The notes under the pieces were generated by a model. The model ran no database searches. It was not told the origin of the DNA and was given only the letters and a program-made list of their open reading frames with translations. A stretch of 64,000 nucleotides of DNA, taken from positions 192,001 through 256,000 of the forward strand of contig CAWJCS010000003.1 in assembly GCA_963841435.1 (NCBI GenBank), read 5' to 3'. Below are positions 30,383 to 39,645 of the stretch, piece after piece (position 1 is the stretch's first letter; each line of letters begins with the position of its first letter). The DNA is from an uncultured delta proteobacterium (GTDB lineage: Bacteria > Myxococcota_A > Polyangia > Polyangiales > Polyangiaceae). The translations under genes were made by a program, and so were the position numbers.

Positions 30383-30450
30383 GCCGACCGCGCGATCCTA
30401 GCCCGGCGCCGACGATCTGGGAAAGCATCGCGACGAGGCCCGGGAGGGCC

Positions 30451-31957
30451 TCAGCGCTTCAGCACGACGAAAACGGTCGCCCCGCGGCGGTAGAGCAGGA
30501 GGAGCACGTCGCCTTGGGTCTTCTGGTAGAGGGCGCCGAACTCGCGAACGCTCCCGACCGGCGTGCGGTTCACCTCGAGCAGCACGTCGCCCGGGCGCAG
30601 TCCGGCGCGACCGGCCGGGGTGCCCGGGGCGACGGCCGTGACGACCACACCCTTCGTCACGCCATCCCCGATGCCGAACGCCTGGCGCGTTTCGGGCCCG
30701 AGCTCGCCGAGCGCGAGGCCGTTGAACACCCGGCTGGTGAGGCGCGCCAGCCGGCGCCGCGCGCGCGGCCGGCGCGTCGTTCGGCGACTCGCCGAGGGAC
30801 ACCGCCAGCGTCTGGAGCTTACCGTCGCGATAGAGCTCGAGCGTCACCTTGCGATTGGCGCCGGACGACGCAATCGCATTGCGGAGCTGTCCCGTGGTCG
30901 TGACGGGCTTCGCGTCGACCTTCGTGACGACGTCGCCGCGCTTGAGCCCGGAGCGTCCCGCGGGCGAGCCCGGTTGTACGTCCGCGATCAACACGCCCTC
31001 CGTCGTCGGCAGCTTCATCGCGTGCGAAAGCTCCTTGTCAACGTCCTGAATCGACACGCCGAGCCAACCGCGCGTGACCTTGCCGTACTTCTTCAGGCTC
31101 TCCATGATCGGGATCGCCATGTTGGTGGGGATGGCGAAACCGATGCCCTGGTAGCCGCCGCTGCGCGAGAGGATGGCCGTGTTGATGCCGACGAGTCGCC
31201 CCTCGGTGTCGATGAGCGCGCCCCCGGAATTGCCGGGATTGATCGCGGCGTCCGTCTGGATGAAGTCCTCGTAATCGACGATGCCGACGTCGGCGCGGCC
31301 CTTGGCCGATACGATGCCCATCGTGACCGTCTGCCCGACGCCGAAGGGGTTCCCGATGGCGAGCACGACGTCGCCGAGGCGGAGCGCCGAAGAATCGCCG
31401 ATCTGGATGGGGCGCAGGCCGCCGGGTGCGTCCTTGAGGCGAATCAGCGCTACGTCGCTCTTCGGATCCGTCCCGACGACCTCGGCGTCGAACTCACGGC
31501 GGTCGTTGAGCGTCACCTTGATGTCTTGTGCGTCCTCGACGACGTGATTGTTGGTGATGACGTAGCCGTCGCTCGAGACGATGACGCCGGAGCCCATGCC
31601 CTGCTCGCGGCGCTCGCCCTGCTGGCCCTGCTGGCCCTGCCCGGGCCCCGGCCCGAAGAAGAACGGGAACATCGCGGGGGCCTGAAGGCGGCTGAGCTTG
31701 GTGAGCGAGATGTTGACGACCGAAGGCAGCGCCCGCTCGGCGACGTCGGCGATGCTGGCCGAAGCGCCCGCGCCCACCTTGGCGAACGCCGGCGTCGGCA
31801 GCACGCTCACGGGAACCGCGCTCCGCGGGGTCGGCTCCGGCGTCGCCTCGGTGTTCGAGGGGCCGGCGTGCGGGGTGCGGGTACAGCCTAGCGGTAGCCC
31901 CAAAAGCACGCTCATCGTGAGCATGCGGAGTCGCGGAAGGATCGAATGGTAGGTCAT
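30451..31957 (-). CDS. degP: DegP/HtrA serine protease with two PDZ domains, apparent +1 frameshift near 30726
   Basis: GSGVI, TNNHVV, DVAL, INPGNSGG catalytic triad motifs; second PDZ (GLALGEL...GLRPGDVL) in the +1 frame. Confidence 0.92.
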
Positions 31958-32049
31958 GGTCCCGCCCCTGTAACCCGTCGTCCCTTTCGTCCATTCCCGA
32001 CGCGAGGCAGGCCGGACGCCGCTCGATCGCCCTCTGAAAAAGCTTTGGC

Positions 32050-33093
32050 TCAAAGCATGGCGAGCCATGCGGCGAGCTGGGGCAAAGGCAGGCTGCGCTG
32101 TGCGATCTTCAAACGAACGACGGCGCCCGGCATGCCATACACGACGGCCGTCGCCTCGCTTTCGACCACGACCGTACCCCCCGCCTCCGCGATCTCCTTC
32201 GCCCCGCGCGCGCCGTCGTCTCCCATTCCCGTGAGCACGACGCCGACCGCCCGGCTCCCGGCGACGCGCGCCACGCTCTTCAGGAGCGCGTCCGCGCTCG
32301 GCACGTAGCGATCGTCGGGCGCTGCCGGCCGCACCCTGAGCCGGAAGCCCTGGCCGCCTTGCTCGACCTCGAGGCACTGCCGGCCCGGGCACACGAAGGC
32401 GGTCCCCGCCTCGAGCAGGTCGAACTCCTTGGCCTCCGAAACGCGCAGCTGACTGCGCTTGTCGAGCCGCTCGGCGAACGTGCGGGTGAAGGTTTCCGGC
32501 ATATGTTGGGCGACGACGATGCCGTGGGCGTAGCCGCGCGGCAGCCGCGCGAAGAGCTCGAGCAGCGCGCTCGGGCCGCCCGTCGAGGCCGCGATGGCGA
32601 TGACCTTGGCGGGGGGGCCCGTCGACCCCGGCGCGGCGCCGGGCGCCACGGGCGTCGGGGCGTCGGCGAGCTTGCGGGGCAGCGCCGGGGCCCGCACGTT
32701 GCGCGCGAGCGATACCTTGCGCAAAAGCTCGTCGCGTACGCTGACGAGGCTCGGGTCGATATAGCGGTCGGGCTTGGCGACGAAGTCGAGTGCCCCGAGC
32801 TCGAGCGCCTTGAACACGTTCTCCTTCTGGCTGTAGCTCGAGATGACGATCACGGGCGTCGGCGTCCGGCTCATGAGGATGCGCAGGAACGTGAAGCCGT
32901 CCATCTTCGGCATCTCGAGGTCGAGCGTGATGACGTGCGGCTCGAGCATGCTGACGAGCTTGAGCGCTTCCTCGCCGTCGGCGGCGCGCCCGACGATTTC
33001 GACGTCCGGCGCCGTGGAGAGGATCTCGACGATGCTGCGACGATTGAAGGCGGAATCGTCCACCACCAAGACCTTCAGCTTCTCGCTCGTCAT
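32050..33093 (-). CDS. cheB: Chemotaxis methylesterase (REC + CheB)
   Basis: VVDDS, TLDLEMP, ASTGG, QHMP, LTGMGDDG. Confidence 0.95.
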   Translation of the reverse strand: MTSEKLKVLVVDDSAFNRRSIVEILSTAPDVEIVGRAADGEEALKLVSMLEPHVITLDLEMPKMDGFTFLRILMSRTPTPVIVISSYSQKENVFKALELGALDFVAKPDRYIDPSLVSVRDELLRKVSLARNVRAPALPRKLADAPTPVAPGAAPGSTGPPAKVIAIAASTGGPSALLELFARLPRGYAHGIVVAQHMPETFTRTFAERLDKRSQLRVSEAKEFDLLEAGTAFVCPGRQCLEVEQGGQGFRLRVRPAAPDDRYVPSADALLKSVARVAGSRAVGVVLTGMGDDGARGAKEIAEAGGTVVVESEATAVVYGMPGAVVRLKIAQRSLPLPQLAAWLAML

Positions 33094-33971
33094 CGTCTGC
33101 CCTCGCCGAAGATAGCCGTCGTGCGGGGCTTTCGATACACGAGATCCTCCCTCAGGTGAACGAGCTCGAAGGCCGTCGATAGATTCAGTAGCGATTCGGA
33201 GTGTCCGAGCAGCAAATAGCCCCCAGGGGCCAAGCGGTCGTAGAAGGCATCGATGACGCGCCGGCGGGATTTCACGTCGAAGTAGATGAGGACGTTCCGG
33301 CAAAAGATCACGTTGACTTGCCCCGCCATGAGGCCGTGGCCGCCCTCCATCAGGTTGAGCTGGCCGAAGTGGCAGATCTTCTTGATCTCGGGGACGACCT
33401 CCCATCCGTCGCCGTGCGCCTCGAAATAGCGCTGCCGAAGCTCGTCGGGCGTCGTGCGAAAGGCGGCCCCGCGGTAGACGCCGCGCCGCGCCGCGGCCAC
33501 GGAGCCGCGACAGATGTCGCTGCCGACGACCTTCAAATCCCAGCTCGAGAACAACCGTGACTCGAGCAAGAGCACCGCAATCGTGTAGGCCTCTTCGCCC
33601 GTGGCGCAGCCCGCGCTCCAGATGCCGAGCCGTTGCCGGGCACGACGGGTCTCTTCGAGCTCCGGCAGGAGCTGGTCGCGAAACGCGCGCAGCTGATACT
33701 CCTGGCGGAAGAAATAGGTTTCCTTGGTCGTGAGTCGCTCGATCGCTTCCTCGAGCTCGGTGAAGCCTTGCGGGTGGAAACGCATGTACTTGTAGTACGC
33801 GTAGAAGTCGTCGAGGCCGAGCGCCTCGACACGATCGACGAGGCGCCGCTCGAACAGGAACATCGCGTCGTCGTCGAAGTGGAGCCCCGCGTGCTCGTAG
33901 ACGCGGTCACGGAGCAAGCGAAACTCCTCGGCGCCGAGCTGAGCATGCGGCAAGAGGCGCGAGCCGCTCAT
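33090..33971 (-). CDS. cheR: Chemotaxis methyltransferase
   Basis: TTKETYFFR, IWSAGCATGEEAY, IFCRNVLIYF, LGHSESL. Confidence 0.95.
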   Translation of the reverse strand: MSGSRLLPHAQLGAEEFRLLRDRVYEHAGLHFDDDAMFLFERRLVDRVEALGLDDFYAYYKYMRFHPQGFTELEEAIERLTTKETYFFRQEYQLRAFRDQLLPELEETRRARQRLGIWSAGCATGEEAYTIAVLLLESRLFSSWDLKVVGSDICRGSVAAARRGVYRGAAFRTTPDELRQRYFEAHGDGWEVVPEIKKICHFGQLNLMEGGHGLMAGQVNVIFCRNVLIYFDVKSRRRVIDAFYDRLAPGGYLLLGHSESLLNLSTAFELVHLREDLVYRKPRTTAIFGEGRR

Positions 33972-36055
33972 CGCGGGAAGTAGCTCCCCCGCGTCGGCGC
34001 GAGGCTGCGCCGGACGCCCGCCATCCACTCGAGCGCCCTCGCGATCGCCTCGCGCACGAGCGGATCCTCCTCGACGCTGAGCCGCGCGCGCAGCGGCGCC
34101 GTCCCCACGCCGCCACAGCTCGCGAGCAGGTCGGCCGCGAGGCGCCGCACGTCCCAGGCCTCGTGGTCGAGCGCCACACCGAAATGCAGGACGGCGCGCG
34201 GGTCCGCGCACTCGCCGAGCGCCCTGAGCGCCGCCTTGACGACCTCGACGGCCGGGTGCGAGAGGCCGTCGATGAGCGCGTCGAAGCGTCGTGACTCGGC
34301 GAACGCGCCGAGCGCTTCGATCGCGGCCACGGCCGCCTTCGGGTCGCCGGAGCGCACGAGCGGCCGGAGCACTGGCAGCGCGCGATTGTCCGCCGTCTCG
34401 CCGAGCGCGCGGAGCGAGCCCACACCGACCTCCTCGTCGACGGAGCTCTCTGCGAGGGCGACGAGACGCGGCAGGCCGAGTACCTCGCCCTCGGCCGAGC
34501 GCAGCCGGCCGAGGGCGCGCACGGCCGCGAGACGCACGGTGCGCTCCTCGTCGTAAATGGCAAGCTCGATGGGCTCGAGGGCAAACGCGCCGCCGACGGC
34601 CCCGAGCGCTTCGAGCGCAGCGCGACGCACGTCGGGGACGGAGTTGGTCATGGCCGCCGCGAGGAAGTTGACGTCCGCGGCGAGGCTCCCGCGCACCGGC
34701 GGACCGAGCACGCGGATCACGACGGCGCCGATCTCGGCGTCGGGTGCGCCGGGTGCCGCGCGCTGGGCGAGCAGTCGCGCCGGCGCCGCGAAGCGCGCCG
34801 CGAGCATGGCGAGCGCGCTCTCGGCGGCGCGCCGCACCGAGCTCGCCGTGGCTTGGGCGAGCGCCCCCGCAACGGCTTCGAGGCTCGTTTCGTCGCCGAC
34901 GACGGCGAGCGCTGCCAGCGCCGAACGCACGACCTCCGGTGCGGGATCGGCGAGGCGGGCGAGCGCCTCGGCGCGCACGAGCGGCGACGTCTCGTCGTCG
35001 GCGACCCGGGCGGCGATTTCGAGCGCTGCCGCCCTCCGCTGCGGCTCGGCCCCCGTCGCCTGCTTCAGCAGGGGTCGGACCGAAACGGGACCGACCCACT
35101 CCAGCGCCTCTTCGGCCGGGCCCTCGAGGGCTTCCTCTTCGAGCGCGGACGCGGCGCGCGCGGCCGCCGACGTGAGGCCGAGCGCTCCGATCGCAAGAAG
35201 GGCGACACCCTGGGCGTCGCCGTCCGAGGGCGCGTTCGCAAGCTCCATCAGGTGCAGCTGAACCGGGCGCTCGAGCCCAGCACCGGCGACCTTGAGCGCG
35301 GCGAGCCGTGCCGGACCGGAGCGCGCGAGCTCGACCACGGCACGCAGCGCCTCGGAGAGCGTGCCCCCACGCGCTCGCGAAAGTGCCGCGACCAGGTGCT
35401 GCGCAGCGCGTTCGTCACCGCTCCGGCCGAGCGCCGCAAGCATGGCCGGTGCGACCGCCTCGTCCCCCCGCAGCCGCTCGAGGCGCACCCACGGCAGCGC
35501 CACGCCGAGCCGGCCGAGACCGTCGAGCGCGGCGAGTCGCACGAAGGCGCCCGGTGCGTCGAGGCACGCGATGAGGATCGGCTCGACCTCCTCGGCGCAG
35601 GCGGCGCCGAGCGCCGAGAGCGCTTCGACCGCGGCCACGGCGACGTTCGGGTCCGGATCGCGCAGGAGCCCGCGCAGAACGGGCACGGCCGTGGGCTGCT
35701 CGGTGCGAGCCAGAGCCTCGGCGGCGAGCTTGCGCCCGTCACCATCGAGCCCCGAAAGCGCGCCGGCCAGCGCATCGACGGCGTCGGGGCCGTAGGCGGC
35801 GAGCGCCTCGACGGCCGCATTGCGCAGGCCCACGTTGTCCGAAGGCTCGAGTGAAAGGACCAGGGCCTTGAGCACGGCGGCGCCCGGCGCGAACGCTGCC
35901 GCCACGCTGACCGCTTCCTTTCGCACGCGCCAATCGTCGTCGCCGAGCGCGCGGACCACGAGCGGCGCTGCCTGATCGGGATCCGTGTCGCGCAGCGCAT
36001 GGACCGCTTTGCGCCGCGCTTCGGAATCGGGCGAATCGAGCGTCGCCCCGCTCAC
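33968..36055 (-). CDS. HEAT-repeat protein
   Basis: Many repeats such as DDDWRVRKEAV, DPAPEVVRSAL, HEAWDVRRLAA; 4-nt overlaps with cheW and cheR. Confidence 0.88.
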   Translation of the reverse strand: MSGATLDSPDSEARRKAVHALRDTDPDQAAPLVVRALGDDDWRVRKEAVSVAAAFAPGAAVLKALVLSLEPSDNVGLRNAAVEALAAYGPDAVDALAGALSGLDGDGRKLAAEALARTEQPTAVPVLRGLLRDPDPNVAVAAVEALSALGAACAEEVEPILIACLDAPGAFVRLAALDGLGRLGVALPWVRLERLRGDEAVAPAMLAALGRSGDERAAQHLVAALSRARGGTLSEALRAVVELARSGPARLAALKVAGAGLERPVQLHLMELANAPSDGDAQGVALLAIGALGLTSAAARAASALEEEALEGPAEEALEWVGPVSVRPLLKQATGAEPQRRAAALEIAARVADDETSPLVRAEALARLADPAPEVVRSALAALAVVGDETSLEAVAGALAQATASSVRRAAESALAMLAARFAAPARLLAQRAAPGAPDAEIGAVVIRVLGPPVRGSLAADVNFLAAAMTNSVPDVRRAALEALGAVGGAFALEPIELAIYDEERTVRLAAVRALGRLRSAEGEVLGLPRLVALAESSVDEEVGVGSLRALGETADNRALPVLRPLVRSGDPKAAVAAIEALGAFAESRRFDALIDGLSHPAVEVVKAALRALGECADPRAVLHFGVALDHEAWDVRRLAADLLASCGGVGTAPLRARLSVEEDPLVREAIARALEWMAGVRRSLAPTRGSYFPR

Positions 36056-36540
36056 CCGGCCCCCGCGCCCAGCCGCACGGCGACGGGCAGCTCGGATATC
36101 AGCACCTGGAAGCGGGACACGTCCAGCACGAAGACCAGATGACCCTCGTGGTTGGTCACGCCGAGAATGCCGCGCGCATCCTCGCCGCCACCGAGCGAGG
36201 GCGCGGGGCGAACCTCGACGCCACCCGTACCGAACACGTCGGTGACGCGGTCGACGGCCAGGCCGAAGGTCTGGTCGTCGAGCCGCACGAGAATCCACTT
36301 GGAACGATGCTGATCGACAGGGCGCGGCAGCCCGAAGCGAACCCTGAGGTCGACGATGGGAATCACCTGATGACGGTGATCGGCGACGCCGGCGACGCCG
36401 CTCGGCGAATGCGGAAGCTCGGTGAGCAGCGTGGGCGTCACGATCTCCTGCACGTCGCCGATTGGCACGGCGTAGTGAACGTCGCCGACCATGAAGCCGA
36501 CCAGGCTTTTCCGCGGGTCCGGTCGCTGCTTGCCGGTCAC
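36052..36540 (-). CDS. cheW: Chemotaxis coupling protein CheW
   Basis: YAVPIGDVQEI, LPHSP, IPIVDLR, GLAVDRV. Confidence 0.9.
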   Translation of the reverse strand: MTGKQRPDPRKSLVGFMVGDVHYAVPIGDVQEIVTPTLLTELPHSPSGVAGVADHRHQVIPIVDLRVRFGLPRPVDQHRSKWILVRLDDQTFGLAVDRVTDVFGTGGVEVRPAPSLGGGEDARGILGVTNHEGHLVFVLDVSRFQVLISELPVAVRLGAGAG

Positions 36541-36553
36541 GCCGATGCCTTTT

Positions 36554-37036
36554 TCATCCCGCCACCACCGCGGAAAGATCCAAGAGAACGATGAATTCGC
36601 CCTGCGGGCGTCCCACTCCGAGCACGTATTCGCTCACCTCGGCTCCCAGGCCGCCCGACGTGAGCTCCATGTCGTCCTCGCCGAGCCTCACGACCTGCCG
36701 CACCTCGTCGACCCAGAGTCCCACGGGTTCCCCCGACGGCGCAATGGCGAGAAGGATACGCGGGCGACGCGTTGGGACGCGCTCGGCGAGCTTCAGCCGG
36801 CGGCGCAAATCGACGACGGTCACGAGCAGCCCGCGCACGCTGCACACGCCGAGGACGTCGGCGGGCGCGCGGGGCACGAGCGTGATGGGCGGCGGGCTCA
36901 GGATCTCCTTGATGCGCGCGAGCTCGACGCCGAAGACGTCCTCACCGAGCGCGAACGTCAAGAACTCGCGAACGGGTCCGCGGCCCGTCGTGCGGCGCGC
37001 CAGCCGGTCTCCGCGGGCTCTGACCAGATCAGCCAT
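36554..37036 (-). CDS. cheW: Chemotaxis coupling protein CheW
   Basis: FLTFALG, VPRAP, GVCSVRG, VVDLR, GLWVDEV. Confidence 0.9.
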   Translation of the reverse strand: MADLVRARGDRLARRTTGRGPVREFLTFALGEDVFGVELARIKEILSPPPITLVPRAPADVLGVCSVRGLLVTVVDLRRRLKLAERVPTRRPRILLAIAPSGEPVGLWVDEVRQVVRLGEDDMELTSGGLGAEVSEYVLGVGRPQGEFIVLLDLSAVVAG

Positions 37037-39125
37037 GTAGCATCCTGTGCTCGCCGAGCTCGCCACTCATCAGCACCTCGTCGACGATCGCGGCCGCGTC
37101 CACGACGAGCCCCACGCGCTGGTCGCCGAGCTCCGTCGCGCCCGCAAAGCCCTTGACCGCAGCGAGCGACGCGCCGAGCGGCTTGATGACGATGTCCTGC
37201 TGCCCGACGAGGTGATCGAGCACGAGTCCGAGCCGGCGGTTGCCGAGCGAGACGACCACGACGTACCCGCGTTGCGGAGCGGGCTGTCCCGGCGGCCGCG
37301 AAAGGCCGAGCACGCGCTCGAGACGGCAGATTGGCAGGGTCGCACCCCTGAGCGTGATCACCTCGCGACCGTCGAGCAGCTTGGTGTTGCGCGCTTCGAA
37401 GCTCAGGGCCTCGGAAACGGTCGACAGCGGAATCGCGAAGCGGTGCCCGGCCACGTCGACCATCAGCGCGCTCACGATCGCGAGCGTGATCGGCAGCGTG
37501 ATCGTCATCTTGGTGCCGATGCCCGGCTCGCTCTGTACGTCGATGATGCCGCCGAGACGCCCGATGTTGGTCTTGACGATATCCATACCGACGCCGCGCC
37601 CGCTCACGTCGTCGACCGTCGTGCGCGTCGAGAGTCCGGGCAGGAACACGAGCCCGAGGATTTCCTCGCGCGTCAGCGCGTCCGCGTCCTGTCGGGTGAT
37701 CTTGCCGAGGGTCACGGCCCTCTGCACGACGGCCTCGTCGTCGATGCCGCGGCCGTCGTCTTCGACCTCGATCATGACGTGATTGCCCTTCTGGTAGGCG
37801 TTGAGCGCGATGGTGCCGGCGACGGGCTTGCCGACCTCGACGCGACGCGGTGCCACCTCGATGCCGTGATCGATGGCGTTGCGGATCATGTGCATGAGAG
37901 GGTCGCTGAGCTCCTCCACGATCAGCTTGTCGATCTCGGTCTCCGCGCCGGTGATGACGAGGCGGATCTCCTTGCCGATCTCGCGCCCGATCTGCCGCAC
38001 GACGCGCGCGAGCCGGTCGAAAACCTGCCCGAGCGGCACCATGCGCACCTCGAGGATGCCGGCCTGCATTTCGGCGAGGCGCCGCTCGAAGCTGCGGTGC
38101 AGCCGCATCAATTCCGTCGTGAGCTTGCGCTCGCCGTCGGCACGCAGCCGGTCGGCGATGCGAGCGAGCGCACCGCGGACGATGGCGAGCTCCCCGACGA
38201 CGTTCATCAGATTGTCGAGCTTGCGAATGTCGACGCGAACCGTCTGCGTCAGCGAGCGCAGGCTCGGCCCCTGGTCGAGCGCTACGTCGGCGCCCCCCGG
38301 CGGCGAGCCCGACGGAGCGCCCGTGAGACTCGACGCGAGCACGGGCGTCCTCGGCACGGCGCTGCCCGAAACGCTCACGCGCCGACGCGGCAACTCTTCG
38401 ACCACGACGTTGTCGGCACCGAGCGAGCCGATCAGCGTCGCGAGGTCGTCGCGCGATGCCATGAGCAGGTCGAGCTCGATGGCGTCCGGCCGGGTCGCCT
38501 CGCCCGCGGGCAAGTAGGTGATGATCTCACCGTGGCGCTTGGCGCGGTCCTTCAGCTCCTCGAGCGCCTTGTCGATCGTCGCGAGGTCGAACTCGACGCG
38601 CAGCCGGTAGAGCCCGAGCTTCTGCTCGAGGTTGGTGCGTAACCGGTGCTCCTCGTACTCGGTGAGGACGGCGAGCAGCCCGGGGTCGAGCTCGTAGTCG
38701 CTGTGGGACGGCTGGCGGCCACTGCCCTGCCCCACGAGCCCGTCGAGCCGGGCGAGCAGCTCGTCGACGGCGGGGATCGAATCGTCGCTGCCTTCGCGCT
38801 CGGCGGCGAGCAGCCTGCCGTAGGCTTCCACGGCGCCGAACAGCACGTCGAGCACCTCGGGGTTGAGATTCATTCTCCCGAGGCGGAGGTCGTCGAGCAG
38901 ATCTTCGAGGCGATGGGAAACGTGGCCGAGCCGCGCCGCGCCGAACAGCCCGGCGAGGCCCTTGAGGGTGTGCACGGCACGGAACGCTTCGTTCACGAGC
39001 GCGGGGTCGGTCGTGCCCGCGCGCACCGAAGCGTCGAGCTCGAGCAGGTTGCGCGACAGCGTCTCGACGATCTCCTGCGCCTCGGAGAGGAACTCCTCGC
39101 GCGCCCGCTCGGTGGGGTCAGCCAT
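37029..39125 (-). CDS. cheA: Chemotaxis histidine kinase
   Basis: Hpt FRAVHTLKG; VRVDIRKLD; HMIRNAIDHG; DDGRG; SGRGVGMD; C-terminal CheW domain. Confidence 0.96.
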   Translation of the reverse strand: MADPTERAREEFLSEAQEIVETLSRNLLELDASVRAGTTDPALVNEAFRAVHTLKGLAGLFGAARLGHVSHRLEDLLDDLRLGRMNLNPEVLDVLFGAVEAYGRLLAAEREGSDDSIPAVDELLARLDGLVGQGSGRQPSHSDYELDPGLLAVLTEYEEHRLRTNLEQKLGLYRLRVEFDLATIDKALEELKDRAKRHGEIITYLPAGEATRPDAIELDLLMASRDDLATLIGSLGADNVVVEELPRRRVSVSGSAVPRTPVLASSLTGAPSGSPPGGADVALDQGPSLRSLTQTVRVDIRKLDNLMNVVGELAIVRGALARIADRLRADGERKLTTELMRLHRSFERRLAEMQAGILEVRMVPLGQVFDRLARVVRQIGREIGKEIRLVITGAETEIDKLIVEELSDPLMHMIRNAIDHGIEVAPRRVEVGKPVAGTIALNAYQKGNHVMIEVEDDGRGIDDEAVVQRAVTLGKITRQDADALTREEILGLVFLPGLSTRTTVDDVSGRGVGMDIVKTNIGRLGGIIDVQSEPGIGTKMTITLPITLAIVSALMVDVAGHRFAIPLSTVSEALSFEARNTKLLDGREVITLRGATLPICRLERVLGLSRPPGQPAPQRGYVVVVSLGNRRLGLVLDHLVGQQDIVIKPLGASLAAVKGFAGATELGDQRVGLVVDAAAIVDEVLMSGELGEHRMLHG

Positions 39126-39516
39126 CGCGCTGGCCGTCCGCTCGAGTCAAGTGGCGGAGCACCTCGCCGAGCAGATCCTTGGCGCCGAAGGGCTTGCCGA
39201 GGTACCCGTTCGCCCCGAGGCGCAGTCCCCGCTGTCGATCGCGCTCTGACGATTGCGTGGAGATGAGCAAAATGGGCGTCTGCTTGTGCTGCTCGCTCTT
39301 TCGCATGAACTGCACGAGCTCGAGCCCGTTGATGTCCGGCATGTTGATGTCGGTGATCACGAGATCGTAGGGGCCCCGGGGCAGAAGCCGAAGCGCGTCG
39401 AAGCCACTCGCCGCTTCCGAGACCTCGACGCCGACGACGCCCGCCTCCGACTCGAGCGTCGCGCGCACGAACGCGCGTGTGCTCGCGGAGTCCTCGACGA
39501 CCAGGATGCGAGGCAT
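39118..39516 (-). CDS. cheY: CheY-like single-domain response regulator
   Basis: VVEDS, ITDINMP, ST, KPF. Confidence 0.9.
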   Translation of the reverse strand: MPRILVVEDSASTRAFVRATLESEAGVVGVEVSEAASGFDALRLLPRGPYDLVITDINMPDINGLELVQFMRKSEQHKQTPILLISTQSSERDRQRGLRLGANGYLGKPFGAKDLLGEVLRHLTRADGQRDG

Positions 39517-39645
39517 GTGCTCTTCAGAATAGCCGAGTCGGGGCCGTGCTCAAAAGGGTGCCGCCCTCGGCAATTGCCCTCGGAAAGGCCGAGGTCGGCG
39601 CATGTCGGGAAACGTCGGCCACGCTTTCTGCTATGAGCCCTGACC

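Noticed and set aside
36537-36557. Possible frameshift between the two cheW genes (ATG AAA AAG GCA TCG GCG TGA)
   Set aside because: Both CheW domains are complete and the second has its own GTG start at 36540
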